A stretch of 64,000 nt of DNA from Candidatus Lindowbacteria bacterium RIFCSPLOWO2_12_FULL_62_27. Its GTDB lineage: Bacteria > Lindowbacteria > 2-12-FULL-62-27. The position numbers and the translations under genes are program-made. Location: positions 62,001 through 126,000 of the forward strand of contig MFPR01000004.1 in the NCBI GenBank assembly GCA_001784175.1, given 5' to 3'. This document shows positions 40,649 to 48,898 of the stretch, one piece after another. The notes under the pieces are model-generated. The model did not search any database, had not been told where the DNA came from, and worked only from the letters and a program-made list of their open reading frames with translations. Positions within the stretch are counted from its first letter, which is position 1; every line of letters starts with the position of its first letter.

Positions 40649-41536
40649 TTATTCGATGTTCTGGACCTGCTCCCGCATCCGTTCCACATAATCCTTGGAT
40701 TCGACCACCCACCGGGACAGGTCTGTGTCCCGGCCTTTGGAGCCGATCGTATTGATTTCCCGGTTCATTTCCTGAAGCAAAAAATCCAGTTTCCGGCCGA
40801 CCGATGCGCCCGGCGCCGCCAGGGCGCGCTGGAATTCCGAAATGTGAAAATTCATGCGCGCGCATTCCTCCGAAACGTCCAGCCGGTCCAGCGCGGCCGC
40901 GATCTCAAAGCCGATCCGGTCCCGGAGCGCCCCGCTGTCCTGGCAGAACCGCCCGGCCAGCGCATGGATTCGCTTTTCCTCCCCCTGCTTCAGCCCGGTC
41001 GACTTCCTCGACATCTGTTTCGACAGCGCCCGCAGCTTTCGGGCGTAGGCCCCGAGTTCCGCGCGAATTTTCCGGCCTTCACGGCTCTTGAACCGGATGA
41101 AAGAATCCAAGCACCGGTTCAACAGGCTGCACAAGAGGTTCCGGCCCTTCGCGGACAACTCCTCCATGCCGCTCATTTTCAAAACGCCCGGAATCCGCAA
41201 CGCCTCCCATTTGGCCGTCAGGCCCTGAGACCCTTGCGTCGGCAGGCCGAGCGTTTGGCAGATCGCCAGATAATCCTGAACCGCATTCTTGTCACAACAA
41301 AGTTTCGTTCGCGTCAGCGCCTCCAGATTTCCGTTCACCGTCAGCGTCACTTTCCCGCGCTGGATCCGGCGCGCAAGCTGCGCGCGGAAATCGTGCTCCA
41401 GCGCGGAAAGCGTCGGCGGAAGCTTGAAATTGTATTCGGCGAACCGGCTGTTGACCCCCTTGATCAGAACTTCAACCGCAAATCCGTTGTGCTCATGGGC
41501 CGCCCGGCCGAATCCGGTCATGCTTTTCACCGTCAT
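40649..41536 (-). CDS. yicC: YicC/YloC family endoribonuclease
   Basis: KSMTGFG, GRKLDFLLQEMNREINTIGSK, REQVQNIE. Confidence 0.95.
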   Translation of the reverse strand: MTVKSMTGFGRAAHEHNGFAVEVLIKGVNSRFAEYNFKLPPTLSALEHDFRAQLARRIQRGKVTLTVNGNLEALTRTKLCCDKNAVQDYLAICQTLGLPTQGSQGLTAKWEALRIPGVLKMSGMEELSAKGRNLLCSLLNRCLDSFIRFKSREGRKIRAELGAYARKLRALSKQMSRKSTGLKQGEEKRIHALAGRFCQDSGALRDRIGFEIAAALDRLDVSEECARMNFHISEFQRALAAPGASVGRKLDFLLQEMNREINTIGSKGRDTDLSRWVVESKDYVERMREQVQNIE

Positions 41537-42060
41537 GGCGCAGGCGCCGCCGCCCGACCTTCCACATTCGATAGCTTCAAAAGAAACCGGATCTCCGCGA
41601 TGCCCAGACCCGTCTTCTGCGCGATCTGCCGTTCGGTCAGACCCTGCCGGTACAGGCCGCAAACGGCGTCGCCCCGCGAGGATCGGACGGGCGAGGGCGG
41701 CGGCGGAGCAATCTCTCCGTCCGCTTCATCGGACGGCTTTCCGAGCGACTGTTTCACACGATGGATCCGATTCAACAGGATTTCCAGATCCGTCAGACTG
41801 CCCCGGATCCGCTTGAGCCGCTCGTCCGCAAGACCCCCAACCTCCCGCAAGGCGTCAATGCGGCTTTCCAGAAGCTCCACGTTCGCGCTCGTCACCCGGT
41901 GGACTTCCGTCATGAGACGCTCCATCCGGGTTTCAAACCCCGCCAAGTCCTGCGCCGGGCCCGGCCGGAACCATTTATTTCGACGGAAGAGATAAAACGT
42001 CCAAGCCAGGTTGGCGATCAAACCGGCGGCGAAAATCAAAATGAGGAGGATGTGGGTCAT
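41533..42060 (-). CDS. Membrane-anchored coiled-coil protein with C-terminal HTH
   Basis: N-terminal TM; heptad region; LYRQG...IAQKTGLGIAEIRFLL. Confidence 0.7.
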   Translation of the reverse strand: MTHILLILIFAAGLIANLAWTFYLFRRNKWFRPGPAQDLAGFETRMERLMTEVHRVTSANVELLESRIDALREVGGLADERLKRIRGSLTDLEILLNRIHRVKQSLGKPSDEADGEIAPPPPSPVRSSRGDAVCGLYRQGLTERQIAQKTGLGIAEIRFLLKLSNVEGRAAAPAP

Positions 42061-42398
42061 GGGCCATCCGGCGCCGGTGGCGGTGGCGGTTCTTTTTCGG
42101 CCGCGGCCGCCGGCGGCGGCGCGAGGGACGTGTATTTGGCGAGGATGGCGCCCGTCAATCCCGCGCGGGCCGGTTTGGTCAGCGGGAAAAACGAATCGCG
42201 CCAGTTGCCGTCCTTGTCCCGCTGAGACGGCATGCTGACCCACGGTCCCTTTTCGCCCGTCATGACCTTGAATCCGCGCACAACATACTTGCTGTACAGC
42301 GTCACGTCGGCAAACGCAAGGACATTCCCGGTGCCGTCCAGTTTTCTGATCTTAACGTCCGTTACATCCGCAAAGTCAGTCGTCATCGGCAGAACCAA
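42057..42398 (-). CDS. spoVG: SpoVG family nucleic-acid-binding protein
   Basis: VTDVKIR...AFADVT...VRG.KV..G..G.WVSMPS...G.WRD..FP. Confidence 0.9.
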   Translation of the reverse strand: MVLPMTTDFADVTDVKIRKLDGTGNVLAFADVTLYSKYVVRGFKVMTGEKGPWVSMPSQRDKDGNWRDSFFPLTKPARAGLTGAILAKYTSLAPPPAAAAEKEPPPPPAPDGP

Positions 42399-42428
42399 CT
42401 TACCTCAATCTTTGAAAACTTTCAACAG

Positions 42429-43307
42429 TTACGATTTTCGCTTCGTGGTGAGGGAGGCAACGAGGTCCGAGAGAAACCCGACGAACAAAATAATCAAGCC
42501 TGAAAGGACGAGCAGGATGGGAAGTTCTTCAAGACGGCCCCAGAAAATGCCCTGATAGATCAGGATCGCTCCGCCCGCCAGAAACAACACCAGGCCCGGC
42601 GGGACGAACACGCGCACCGGCTCGAACAATACCGCCAACCGCACAATGATGGTCAGAAATTTCAGCCCGTCCCGGAACGGCCGGATCTTGCTCACACCCT
42701 TTTTCCGCCGGCCCATGCCCTCCACCGGCAGATACTTCACACGGTACCCGCCTTTTAAGAAAGCGATGGTCGAGGTCGTCGGATACGAAAAGCCGCTGGG
42801 GAAGAGGTGGACATATTCCAGGAGGGCGTCCCGGCGGGCGGCGCGAAAGCCGGAGGTCAGATCGAGAATCCTGCGGCCCGTCATCACGCGCGCGAACTTG
42901 TTGAGGATGGCGTTGCCGAAATGCCGGAACGGAGACTGCGCGTCCGGCGATCGGCAGCCGATCACAAGGTCCGCCTCCCGCAATGCCTCGAGCAGCGACG
43001 GGATCGCCTCCGGAGGATGCTGGCCGTCCGCGTCCATCAGCACCACCACGGGGGTCTTCGCGGCGCGGATGCCGGTTTTGACCGAGGCGCCGTTTCCCAG
43101 GTTGCCCTCATGGACGATCACCGAAGCCCCCGTGACCCGCGCGGCGTCGGCCGTCCGGTCCGACGAACCGTCGTCGACCACCAGAACCCCGAATTCCGGC
43201 GATATCCGCCGGATGCGGCCGATGATATCCCCGATCGTATCGGCCTCGTTGAAGGCCGGCAAAACGACCGTGATGTCGGATGCGGAAAATTCGATGGGAT
43301 TAAGAAC
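42429..43307 (-). CDS. GT2 family glycosyltransferase (DPM1-like) with C-terminal TMs; start uncertain
   Basis: ITVVLPAFNE, VDDGS.D, N.G.G, MDADGQH, DLTSGFRA. Confidence 0.88.
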   Translation of the reverse strand, partial: VLNPIEFSASDITVVLPAFNEADTIGDIIGRIRRISPEFGVLVVDDGSSDRTADAARVTGASVIVHEGNLGNGASVKTGIRAAKTPVVVLMDADGQHPPEAIPSLLEALREADLVIGCRSPDAQSPFRHFGNAILNKFARVMTGRRILDLTSGFRAARRDALLEYVHLFPSGFSYPTTSTIAFLKGGYRVKYLPVEGMGRRKKGVSKIRPFRDGLKFLTIIVRLAVLFEPVRVFVPPGLVLFLAGGAILIYQGIFWGRLEELPILLVLSGLIILFVGFLSDLVASLTTKRKS

Positions 43308-43316
43308 CGGTGGAGG

Positions 43317-44765
43317 TTATTCGCCGCGGAACGCGAAATCGAGGACCTTGGTGCCCGCCAGCGTGAACCGCTTGAAATCCTCCGGATTGGCCACGCGTTT
43401 CAATGTTTTGACGAAATATTTCGGCCGCGCATAAAATCTCCGGTAGGCGCGCCGGATGCCGCTGGAGAGAATCTTGCTGTCCACCTGCGTGTAATGTTCG
43501 TTGTAGAGGCCCTCGGTATGGAGCACGGAGAAATCGGAGGCGGTGCCGTCGCCGATCTCCGGGAACCGCTTCTCCACCATCTTGAACATCGGCGTGCCCG
43601 GATAGGGCGTGCAGACGCCGAAGGTGGCGGTGGTGGGATCGATCTCGGTGATGAACCGGATGGTGGTCTCGATCGTCTCCTCCGTCTCGCCCGGAGAGCC
43701 GAGCATGGTGTGGGCGTGGGAGTCGATCCCGACCTCGTTCATCCACCGGAAAGCCTGGCGGGTTTCCTCGACCGTGATGCCCTTGTGGATGTTGTCCAGG
43801 ATTTCCTGGACCCCCGATTCCACGCCGAACTTGATGTAATGACACCCGGCGCGCCGGGCCAGCTTGAGCAGCTCCTTCGAAACTTCGTTGACCCGCGTGT
43901 TGCAGATCCATACGATGTCCCATTTGTTCCGGATGATCTCCTCGCAAATCTTGATGTCGCGGTCCTTGTCGACGAAAAACGTCTCGTCGCGGAAGTAGAT
44001 CTCCCGGTAGCCCCTTGAGATGAGATGCTCCATCTCGCCCAACACCCGGTCCGCCGATTGAAAACGGGTCTTGGTGCCGTACAAAAACGGCGCCGTGCAG
44101 AAACTGCAGACCGCCGGACAGCCCCGCGAGGTGATCAGGGTCATGTACGGCATCCGCATGACCAGCGGATTGAAGTAATGGATGTCTTTCGGGAGTAAAT
44201 CCACGTTGAGATAAGGCAGCGCGTCGATGTCGACATATTCCGCGCGGTCGTTGACCACCGGGCCGGCTTGCGGATCCATGTACGCGATCCCCGGCGTGGG
44301 CCGCCAGTCCCGGCCGTCCTTCATGGCCTGAAGCACGTCCCGGACGGTATGCTCAGGCTCCCGCCGGACCGCCACATCAACCGCGCGATGCTGAACGGCG
44401 GCCTTGGGCATGAAGGTCGTGTGGGAGCCGTAGACCACGGACAAAAGACCGGGATTTTGCTTTTTGAAATGGTCCAGCACGTAGGCGTCCTCGCCGAAAC
44501 TCATGGTCGAGGTCGACGTCACGACGGCGCGGTAGGGCCGCACGTCTATTTTGCCGAGCGGGATATGTTCGGCCATCGCCTCGATGAAGGTCACATCAAA
44601 GCCGGAATTTTGCAAAACGGTGGCGATCGAAATCAGAAAAAACGGCGGTACCGTCCCGCCGCCGATCCGCTTGCCCTTGCACCAGCAACCATAGATCACG
44701 TCGCGCACGACATTCTGCGTGTACCGGCTGGGCGGGTTGATCACCAGCACCTTGAATTCGCTCAT
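43317..44765 (-). CDS. B12-binding radical SAM protein
   Basis: SRGCPAVCSFC (CxxxCxxC), DETF, GVESG, PYPGT; N-terminal cobalamin-binding-like domain. Confidence 0.92.
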   Translation of the reverse strand: MSEFKVLVINPPSRYTQNVVRDVIYGCWCKGKRIGGGTVPPFFLISIATVLQNSGFDVTFIEAMAEHIPLGKIDVRPYRAVVTSTSTMSFGEDAYVLDHFKKQNPGLLSVVYGSHTTFMPKAAVQHRAVDVAVRREPEHTVRDVLQAMKDGRDWRPTPGIAYMDPQAGPVVNDRAEYVDIDALPYLNVDLLPKDIHYFNPLVMRMPYMTLITSRGCPAVCSFCTAPFLYGTKTRFQSADRVLGEMEHLISRGYREIYFRDETFFVDKDRDIKICEEIIRNKWDIVWICNTRVNEVSKELLKLARRAGCHYIKFGVESGVQEILDNIHKGITVEETRQAFRWMNEVGIDSHAHTMLGSPGETEETIETTIRFITEIDPTTATFGVCTPYPGTPMFKMVEKRFPEIGDGTASDFSVLHTEGLYNEHYTQVDSKILSSGIRRAYRRFYARPKYFVKTLKRVANPEDFKRFTLAGTKVLDFAFRGE

Positions 44766-44789
44766 GGATTCGGCTTTTCCGACCTCCGT

Positions 44790-45113
44790 TTAAGTGGTGA
44801 CGTCGATCCGGATGCCCTTGCCGTCTTCCGCTGCGGCCACCGGCTTCCCGGCATCCCCGTCTTTGTCCTTCTCCGCTTCCGCCTGCCCTTTCTTGCCCTT
44901 CTTCTTTTGCTCCGCCTCTTTCTCTTTTACCTTGATGGCGTTCGATTCGCCGTCCTTCTCGACCTGCATCTCCCGCTCGTGCGTCTTTTCCGGATACTTT
45001 TGCAACGCCTGCGCCTGCACCTGACCGGCCATGTTCTGCTGACCCTGTTCGACGCCCGCGACGTTGGTCTGCTGAGCAACCACGACCTGCATGTCAATCG
45101 GCCGGATGGTCAT
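44790..45113 (-). CDS. Small hypothetical protein (IRPIDMQ...G..ID)
   Basis: RBS and own promoter; Q/K/E-rich. Confidence 0.7.
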   Translation of the reverse strand: MTIRPIDMQVVVAQQTNVAGVEQGQQNMAGQVQAQALQKYPEKTHEREMQVEKDGESNAIKVKEKEAEQKKKGKKGQAEAEKDKDGDAGKPVAAAEDGKGIRIDVTT

Positions 45114-45141
45114 CCCTCACACCTCTCTTCCGACACCCATG

Positions 45142-45170
45142 AGTCTACCGAGAGATTGATTTTAAGTCAA
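45142..45170 (-). promoter_or_regulatory. Sigma70 promoter
   Basis: TTGACT-17-TAGACT. Confidence 0.6.
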
Positions 45171-45178
45171 TGGAGCGG

Positions 45179-45211
45179 AAAAAAAGACGGGGCGACCCGG
45201 CGGATCGCCCC
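45179..45211 (-). terminator. Rho-independent terminator after the cheX-like gene
   Basis: GGGGCGATCC-GCC-GGGTCGCCCC followed by GTC and a T-run. Confidence 0.8.
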
Positions 45212-45246
45212 TCAAGGGGGAATGTGGCATTCAAGCGGGATAATGG

Positions 45247-45765
45247 TCAGGCGGTGCGAAGATGAAAGGCCAACTGACAGACCCCGTACGCCGTGTGCAG
45301 GGAAATCGCGATCATCGGAACTTTGCTCATCGGCGTCTTGTTCCATTCAAACCGGCTGTAGACCTGCGGGGCCGACACACTCACACGGATGTTGACCTGA
45401 TCGAGAAGATCGAGCGCGGAAACCAGAACGTCGTTCGCCAGCATCTGAACGGCCAGCCGAAACTCAAAATCGCTGACTTGAAACCGCTTCATCAGCATTT
45501 TTCGGACCATCTGGCGCGCCATCCGCGGGTCCATTCCCAGCACGACATCGCCTTCGATCATTCCGCGAACCTGCGTGTAGACCGCGTATCCTTCGGCCAG
45601 CCACCCTTCCTTGCAGGCCCTCGCTTTGCCGACCCGCACGTCCGCAATCTCCATCTCGGTCAGCATCGTCATGGTCGTCCGCAGAATCGTGTTGATGTTG
45701 CTGCCGACCATCGATGATTTCGTGGCCTCTTTCTCTTTCGTCTCCACCGCCGGCGCCTGGGTCAT
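45247..45765 (-). CDS. CheX/CheC-like chemotaxis phosphatase family protein (degenerate)
   Basis: G.IEG.VVLG...A..MV..ML...AV..LAN...S.P...T.YG pattern; ExxN reads MLAN. Confidence 0.65.
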   Translation of the reverse strand: MTQAPAVETKEKEATKSSMVGSNINTILRTTMTMLTEMEIADVRVGKARACKEGWLAEGYAVYTQVRGMIEGDVVLGMDPRMARQMVRKMLMKRFQVSDFEFRLAVQMLANDVLVSALDLLDQVNIRVSVSAPQVYSRFEWNKTPMSKVPMIAISLHTAYGVCQLAFHLRTA

Positions 45766-45848
45766 CTGGACACACCTCTCTCGTTGTCGTTTTCAGGTCT
45801 TTCATCCGTATGCGTCTGTGAAAGAACACCTGCTACTGCCTTAATCTC

Positions 45849-45865
45849 AGCAAGAGACATGCCAG
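45849..45865 (-). promoter_or_regulatory. Sigma54 promoter
   Basis: CTGGCATGTCTCTTGCT, near-consensus; AT-rich IHF-like AATCATCTGTTTA upstream. Confidence 0.8.
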
Positions 45866-46006
45866 AACATTAGAACGGAGGATTTTGTAGTTAATATCCT
45901 GTTAAACAGATGATTACAAACCAGGGGTCGCTGGGGGGTAAAGGCAAAATCAGATGAGATTTACAACAACCTGAAGGCCCATGTTGTCTTTTTGGTCAGT
46001 AATCCG

Positions 46007-46843
46007 TCACTTTTGAATCTGCTCTGCGACCGTCCGTATCGCCTCCATCAGGGGCGTGTCCTTCGCGAGTTGAAATCGCGTGGTCGACGTTGGCGTCGGC
46101 CAGGGTTCCGCCGACGTGTAGGCATAAAACGCAAATCCCTCCGATCCCGCGGCCAGCGACATGGCGACCATGGCCCGAAGTTCCTCAGGCGTCGGCGGGC
46201 GCGGCCAGTTCGGAAGACCCGCGAAGGCCTGGATCACGGCGAAGACCGGTTTGGTCTTGACGATGTTCTTCGCGAGAAGCACCGACTGATGCACCCTCAT
46301 CAAATCCATTTCCGTCAGAGGCTCCTTCCGGGTGACGACATAGGGGACCACGGCCAGAATGTCGCAGTAGGGAGCATAGTCCGCGTATCGAAGCGGATTC
46401 CAGACGGCTTGATAGACGGGATGGAGCGGGTCCAGCGATTTCATCAGCCGGTAAAAGGCCGCGACTTCCGACAACGGTTTCCGATTGAGATCGGGTTCGT
46501 CATAAATCGCCCACGCGTACAACGCCGGATGCGATTTCAGTTCCAAGACACGCTTCTTCCATGCAGCCGTGTCCGGGAAATGCAGAGGCGCGATGTTGAC
46601 GATTCCTCGCACCCCCGCGGCCTGCGCCTCATCCAGTTGGCGGCGCTCGGGCCAGATCACCACGGTATTGAGAGACAATTTTTTTGCGAAGGCATACTGC
46701 CCCTGCGGGACGTTGTAGAGCGCGAGGATCGGACCGGTTTGGGAATGGACGGCCACCGGAAACGTGAAACAGACAAGGGCAAATACAAAACATAAACATT
46801 CAACACGAATGGTCACGAATGTGTTCGAATGAACACGAATCAT
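46007..46843 (-). CDS. Secreted hypothetical protein, possible glycoside hydrolase-like TIM barrel
   Basis: Signal peptide; HPALYAW.IYDEP, LDP.HP, D....PY, VIQAF motifs. Confidence 0.65.
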   Translation of the reverse strand: MIRVHSNTFVTIRVECLCFVFALVCFTFPVAVHSQTGPILALYNVPQGQYAFAKKLSLNTVVIWPERRQLDEAQAAGVRGIVNIAPLHFPDTAAWKKRVLELKSHPALYAWAIYDEPDLNRKPLSEVAAFYRLMKSLDPLHPVYQAVWNPLRYADYAPYCDILAVVPYVVTRKEPLTEMDLMRVHQSVLLAKNIVKTKPVFAVIQAFAGLPNWPRPPTPEELRAMVAMSLAAGSEGFAFYAYTSAEPWPTPTSTTRFQLAKDTPLMEAIRTVAEQIQK

Positions 46844-46850
46844 GTCGAAT
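46801..46850. repeat. 5 x 10-bp imperfect tandem repeat ending in CGAAT
   Basis: caacacgaat ggtcacgaat gtgttcgaat gaacacgaat catgtcgaat. Confidence 0.7.
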
Positions 46851-46856
46851 TGTTTC

Positions 46857-47177
46857 TCACGCCATCCCGAGTTCCAGCCGCGCGGCGTCGGACATCCGGT
46901 CCGGCGTCCACGGCGGGTCCCACACCAGCTCCACCCGGGCCGACCCGACGCCTTCCATGGAGGCCAGCTTGGCCTGCGTCTGGGCCTGCATCATGGGCGC
47001 TTCCGGACAACCCGGCGCGGTCAAGGACATCCTCACCGAAACGCTGGATTTGCCGGGCTGGTCGGACAATGGATTAATCTTGACGTCATAGATCAGCCCA
47101 AGGTCGACAATGTTGACCGGTATTTCGGGATCGTAACAGGTGGACAATACATCCATCACCTGGTCGTTGGAAACCAT
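46857..47177 (-). CDS. DUF59 / SufT-like Fe-S assembly protein
   Basis: YDPEIPVNIVDLGLIY, LTAPGCP, WDPPW. Confidence 0.9.
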   Translation of the reverse strand: MVSNDQVMDVLSTCYDPEIPVNIVDLGLIYDVKINPLSDQPGKSSVSVRMSLTAPGCPEAPMMQAQTQAKLASMEGVGSARVELVWDPPWTPDRMSDAARLELGMA

Positions 47178-47182
47178 TCCGA

Positions 47183-47464
47183 TTACCTCCTTCCGCCCGC
47201 AATCGAGGGCACGATACTGACTTCGTCGCCATTTTTGACAGGAGCGTTCATGTCCCCTTTTTGCCGGATGTCGTCTTCGTTCACGAAGACGTTCACGAAA
47301 CTCCGGAGTTTTCCGTTGTCCGTAAAAATATGGGTTTTCAAGCCGGGATGGGCCGCTGCAAGGTTCTGCAATGTGTCCCCGACCGTTTTCCCGTCCACGG
47401 CGACGGTCGCCTGATTCCCCGTGTACTGCCTCAGGACCGTCGGAATTAAAATCGTCACCGGCAT
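47183..47464 (-). CDS. MoaD/ThiS/CysO-family ubiquitin-like sulfur carrier
   Basis: IPTVLR.YTG, VNVFVNEDDIR, VPSIAGG followed by RR. Confidence 0.9.
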   Translation of the reverse strand: MPVTILIPTVLRQYTGNQATVAVDGKTVGDTLQNLAAAHPGLKTHIFTDNGKLRSFVNVFVNEDDIRQKGDMNAPVKNGDEVSIVPSIAGGRR

Positions 47465-47468
47465 GATG

Positions 47469-48395
47469 TCATGCCTCCTTCCAGAACCGTTCCGTCAGAT
47501 ATTTGTCCGCGTTGTCCGGCAGGACGGTCACCACAAGACCCCGCTGCCGGGCCTTGATGAGCCGGCCCGCCACAAGTTCTGCGGCAGTCAGCGCCGCGCC
47601 CGAGGACAAGCCGACGAGCAACCCTCCCTTTCGGGCGGTCTTGCGAATGGCGGCATGGGCCGCCTCCGTCGAGACAAACAGCGTCTCGCCTGCAAACCCT
47701 CGGTCGTATATTTTCGGGACGATGGAGGTCGCCATGTGTTTCATCCCTTCCAGGCCGTGAAACGGCGAGTCGGGCTCCACCGCGATCACCTGGATCGATG
47801 GATTCTTTTCCTTCAAAAACCTCCCCGTCCCCATCAAGGTCCCGCCGGTCCCGACCGTCGCGACGAAGTGCGTGACGGCGCCGCCGGTTTCCTCCCAGAT
47901 CTCCGGGCCGGTCGTTGCGTAGTGCGCCCGCCAGTTTTCGTCGTTTCCGTACTGGTCCGGATAATAGTAGCGCTCCGGGTCCTCGTCAAACAGCCGCCGG
48001 GCCTCCCGGATCGCGCCATCCGACCCTTCCTGGGCGCTCGTGTATATCACCTCCGCGCCCAGCGCGGCCAGCATGTGTTTCCGCTCGGGACTGATGTTGG
48101 CCGGCACACAGAGTTTCAGCCGGTATCCACGAGCGGCGGCGAGACAGGCGTAGGCGATCCCGGTGTTGCCGCTGGTCGCGTCGAGAATGATTTTGTCCTT
48201 CGTCAGCCGCACCCCGCGCTCGCCCTCGAGGATCATCCGCGCGGCCGGCCGGTCCTTCACGGACCCGCCCGGATTCGTCCACTCAGCCTTGGCGACCACC
48301 CTCACATCGCCGCCGGCAGAAACCACATGGGACATGTCCACCAGCGGCGTGTGCCCCACCAAGCCGATGAAATCTTTTCCTGTCGCTAGCGCCAT
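47469..48395 (-). CDS. cysM: PLP-dependent cysteine synthase (CysM/CysK family)
   Basis: NPGGSVKDR, ATSGNTG, GTGGT, SSGA. Confidence 0.88.
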   Translation of the reverse strand: MALATGKDFIGLVGHTPLVDMSHVVSAGGDVRVVAKAEWTNPGGSVKDRPAARMILEGERGVRLTKDKIILDATSGNTGIAYACLAAARGYRLKLCVPANISPERKHMLAALGAEVIYTSAQEGSDGAIREARRLFDEDPERYYYPDQYGNDENWRAHYATTGPEIWEETGGAVTHFVATVGTGGTLMGTGRFLKEKNPSIQVIAVEPDSPFHGLEGMKHMATSIVPKIYDRGFAGETLFVSTEAAHAAIRKTARKGGLLVGLSSGAALTAAELVAGRLIKARQRGLVVTVLPDNADKYLTERFWKEA

Positions 48396-48496
48396 ACCCA
48401 AGCCTACCGCAGCCGGATTGAGTTCGCAATAGAAACCCGTCCATTGTGTTTAACTTCCCGCACAGATAATATCAACAATAAGGGGAGGTGATACTC

Positions 48497-48898
48497 ATGG
48501 CCGGCAAGCTGCAGGCCGATCTCGTACAACTCTTCAACGACGTCACGGCCTACACGGGAGAGGGAACCCGGCGTCTGGACTTCCCGCCCTGGCGGGTGCA
48601 GTTGTACAAGGGCGCGATGGAGATCCCTCTGGTGGCGTTTTATCCGGCGGCGCGGATTCCGCTGGACGCCGCGTGGGTACAGGAGTTCGCGGCGCTCCTC
48701 GCGACACTGGGTCTGGACCTTGAGTGCGTGGAGGAGGAAAACAATTACAAGATCAACACGTCCGACACCAAACTGTATCTTGGCCGTGTGACCGGCGAGG
48801 CGCTGAAACTCCACGCGCCCCGCATGAAGGAAATGGGATTCGACACGTTCCGGCAGATCGTCGGCGGATATTTCAGGCTTCATGAGGTCCGGTCATGA
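48497..48898 (+). CDS. Hypothetical protein
   Basis: GGAGG RBS; ATGA coupling to the downstream gene. Confidence 0.7.
   Translation: MAGKLQADLVQLFNDVTAYTGEGTRRLDFPPWRVQLYKGAMEIPLVAFYPAARIPLDAAWVQEFAALLATLGLDLECVEEENNYKINTSDTKLYLGRVTGEALKLHAPRMKEMGFDTFRQIVGGYFRLHEVRS

Noticed and set aside
42421-42433. MITE TIR-like sequence (TTCAACAGTTACG)
   Set aside because: Single half-site at a stop codon with no partner TIR, core or TSD; probably chance.
46801-46850. CRISPR array
   Set aside because: Units are 10-bp tandem repeats without spacers; no cas genes or repeat-spacer arrays seen in the window.
48402-48496. Cobalamin riboswitch upstream of the cbiH-cbiL cassette
   Set aside because: Intergenic space is too short and no B12-box was recognised.
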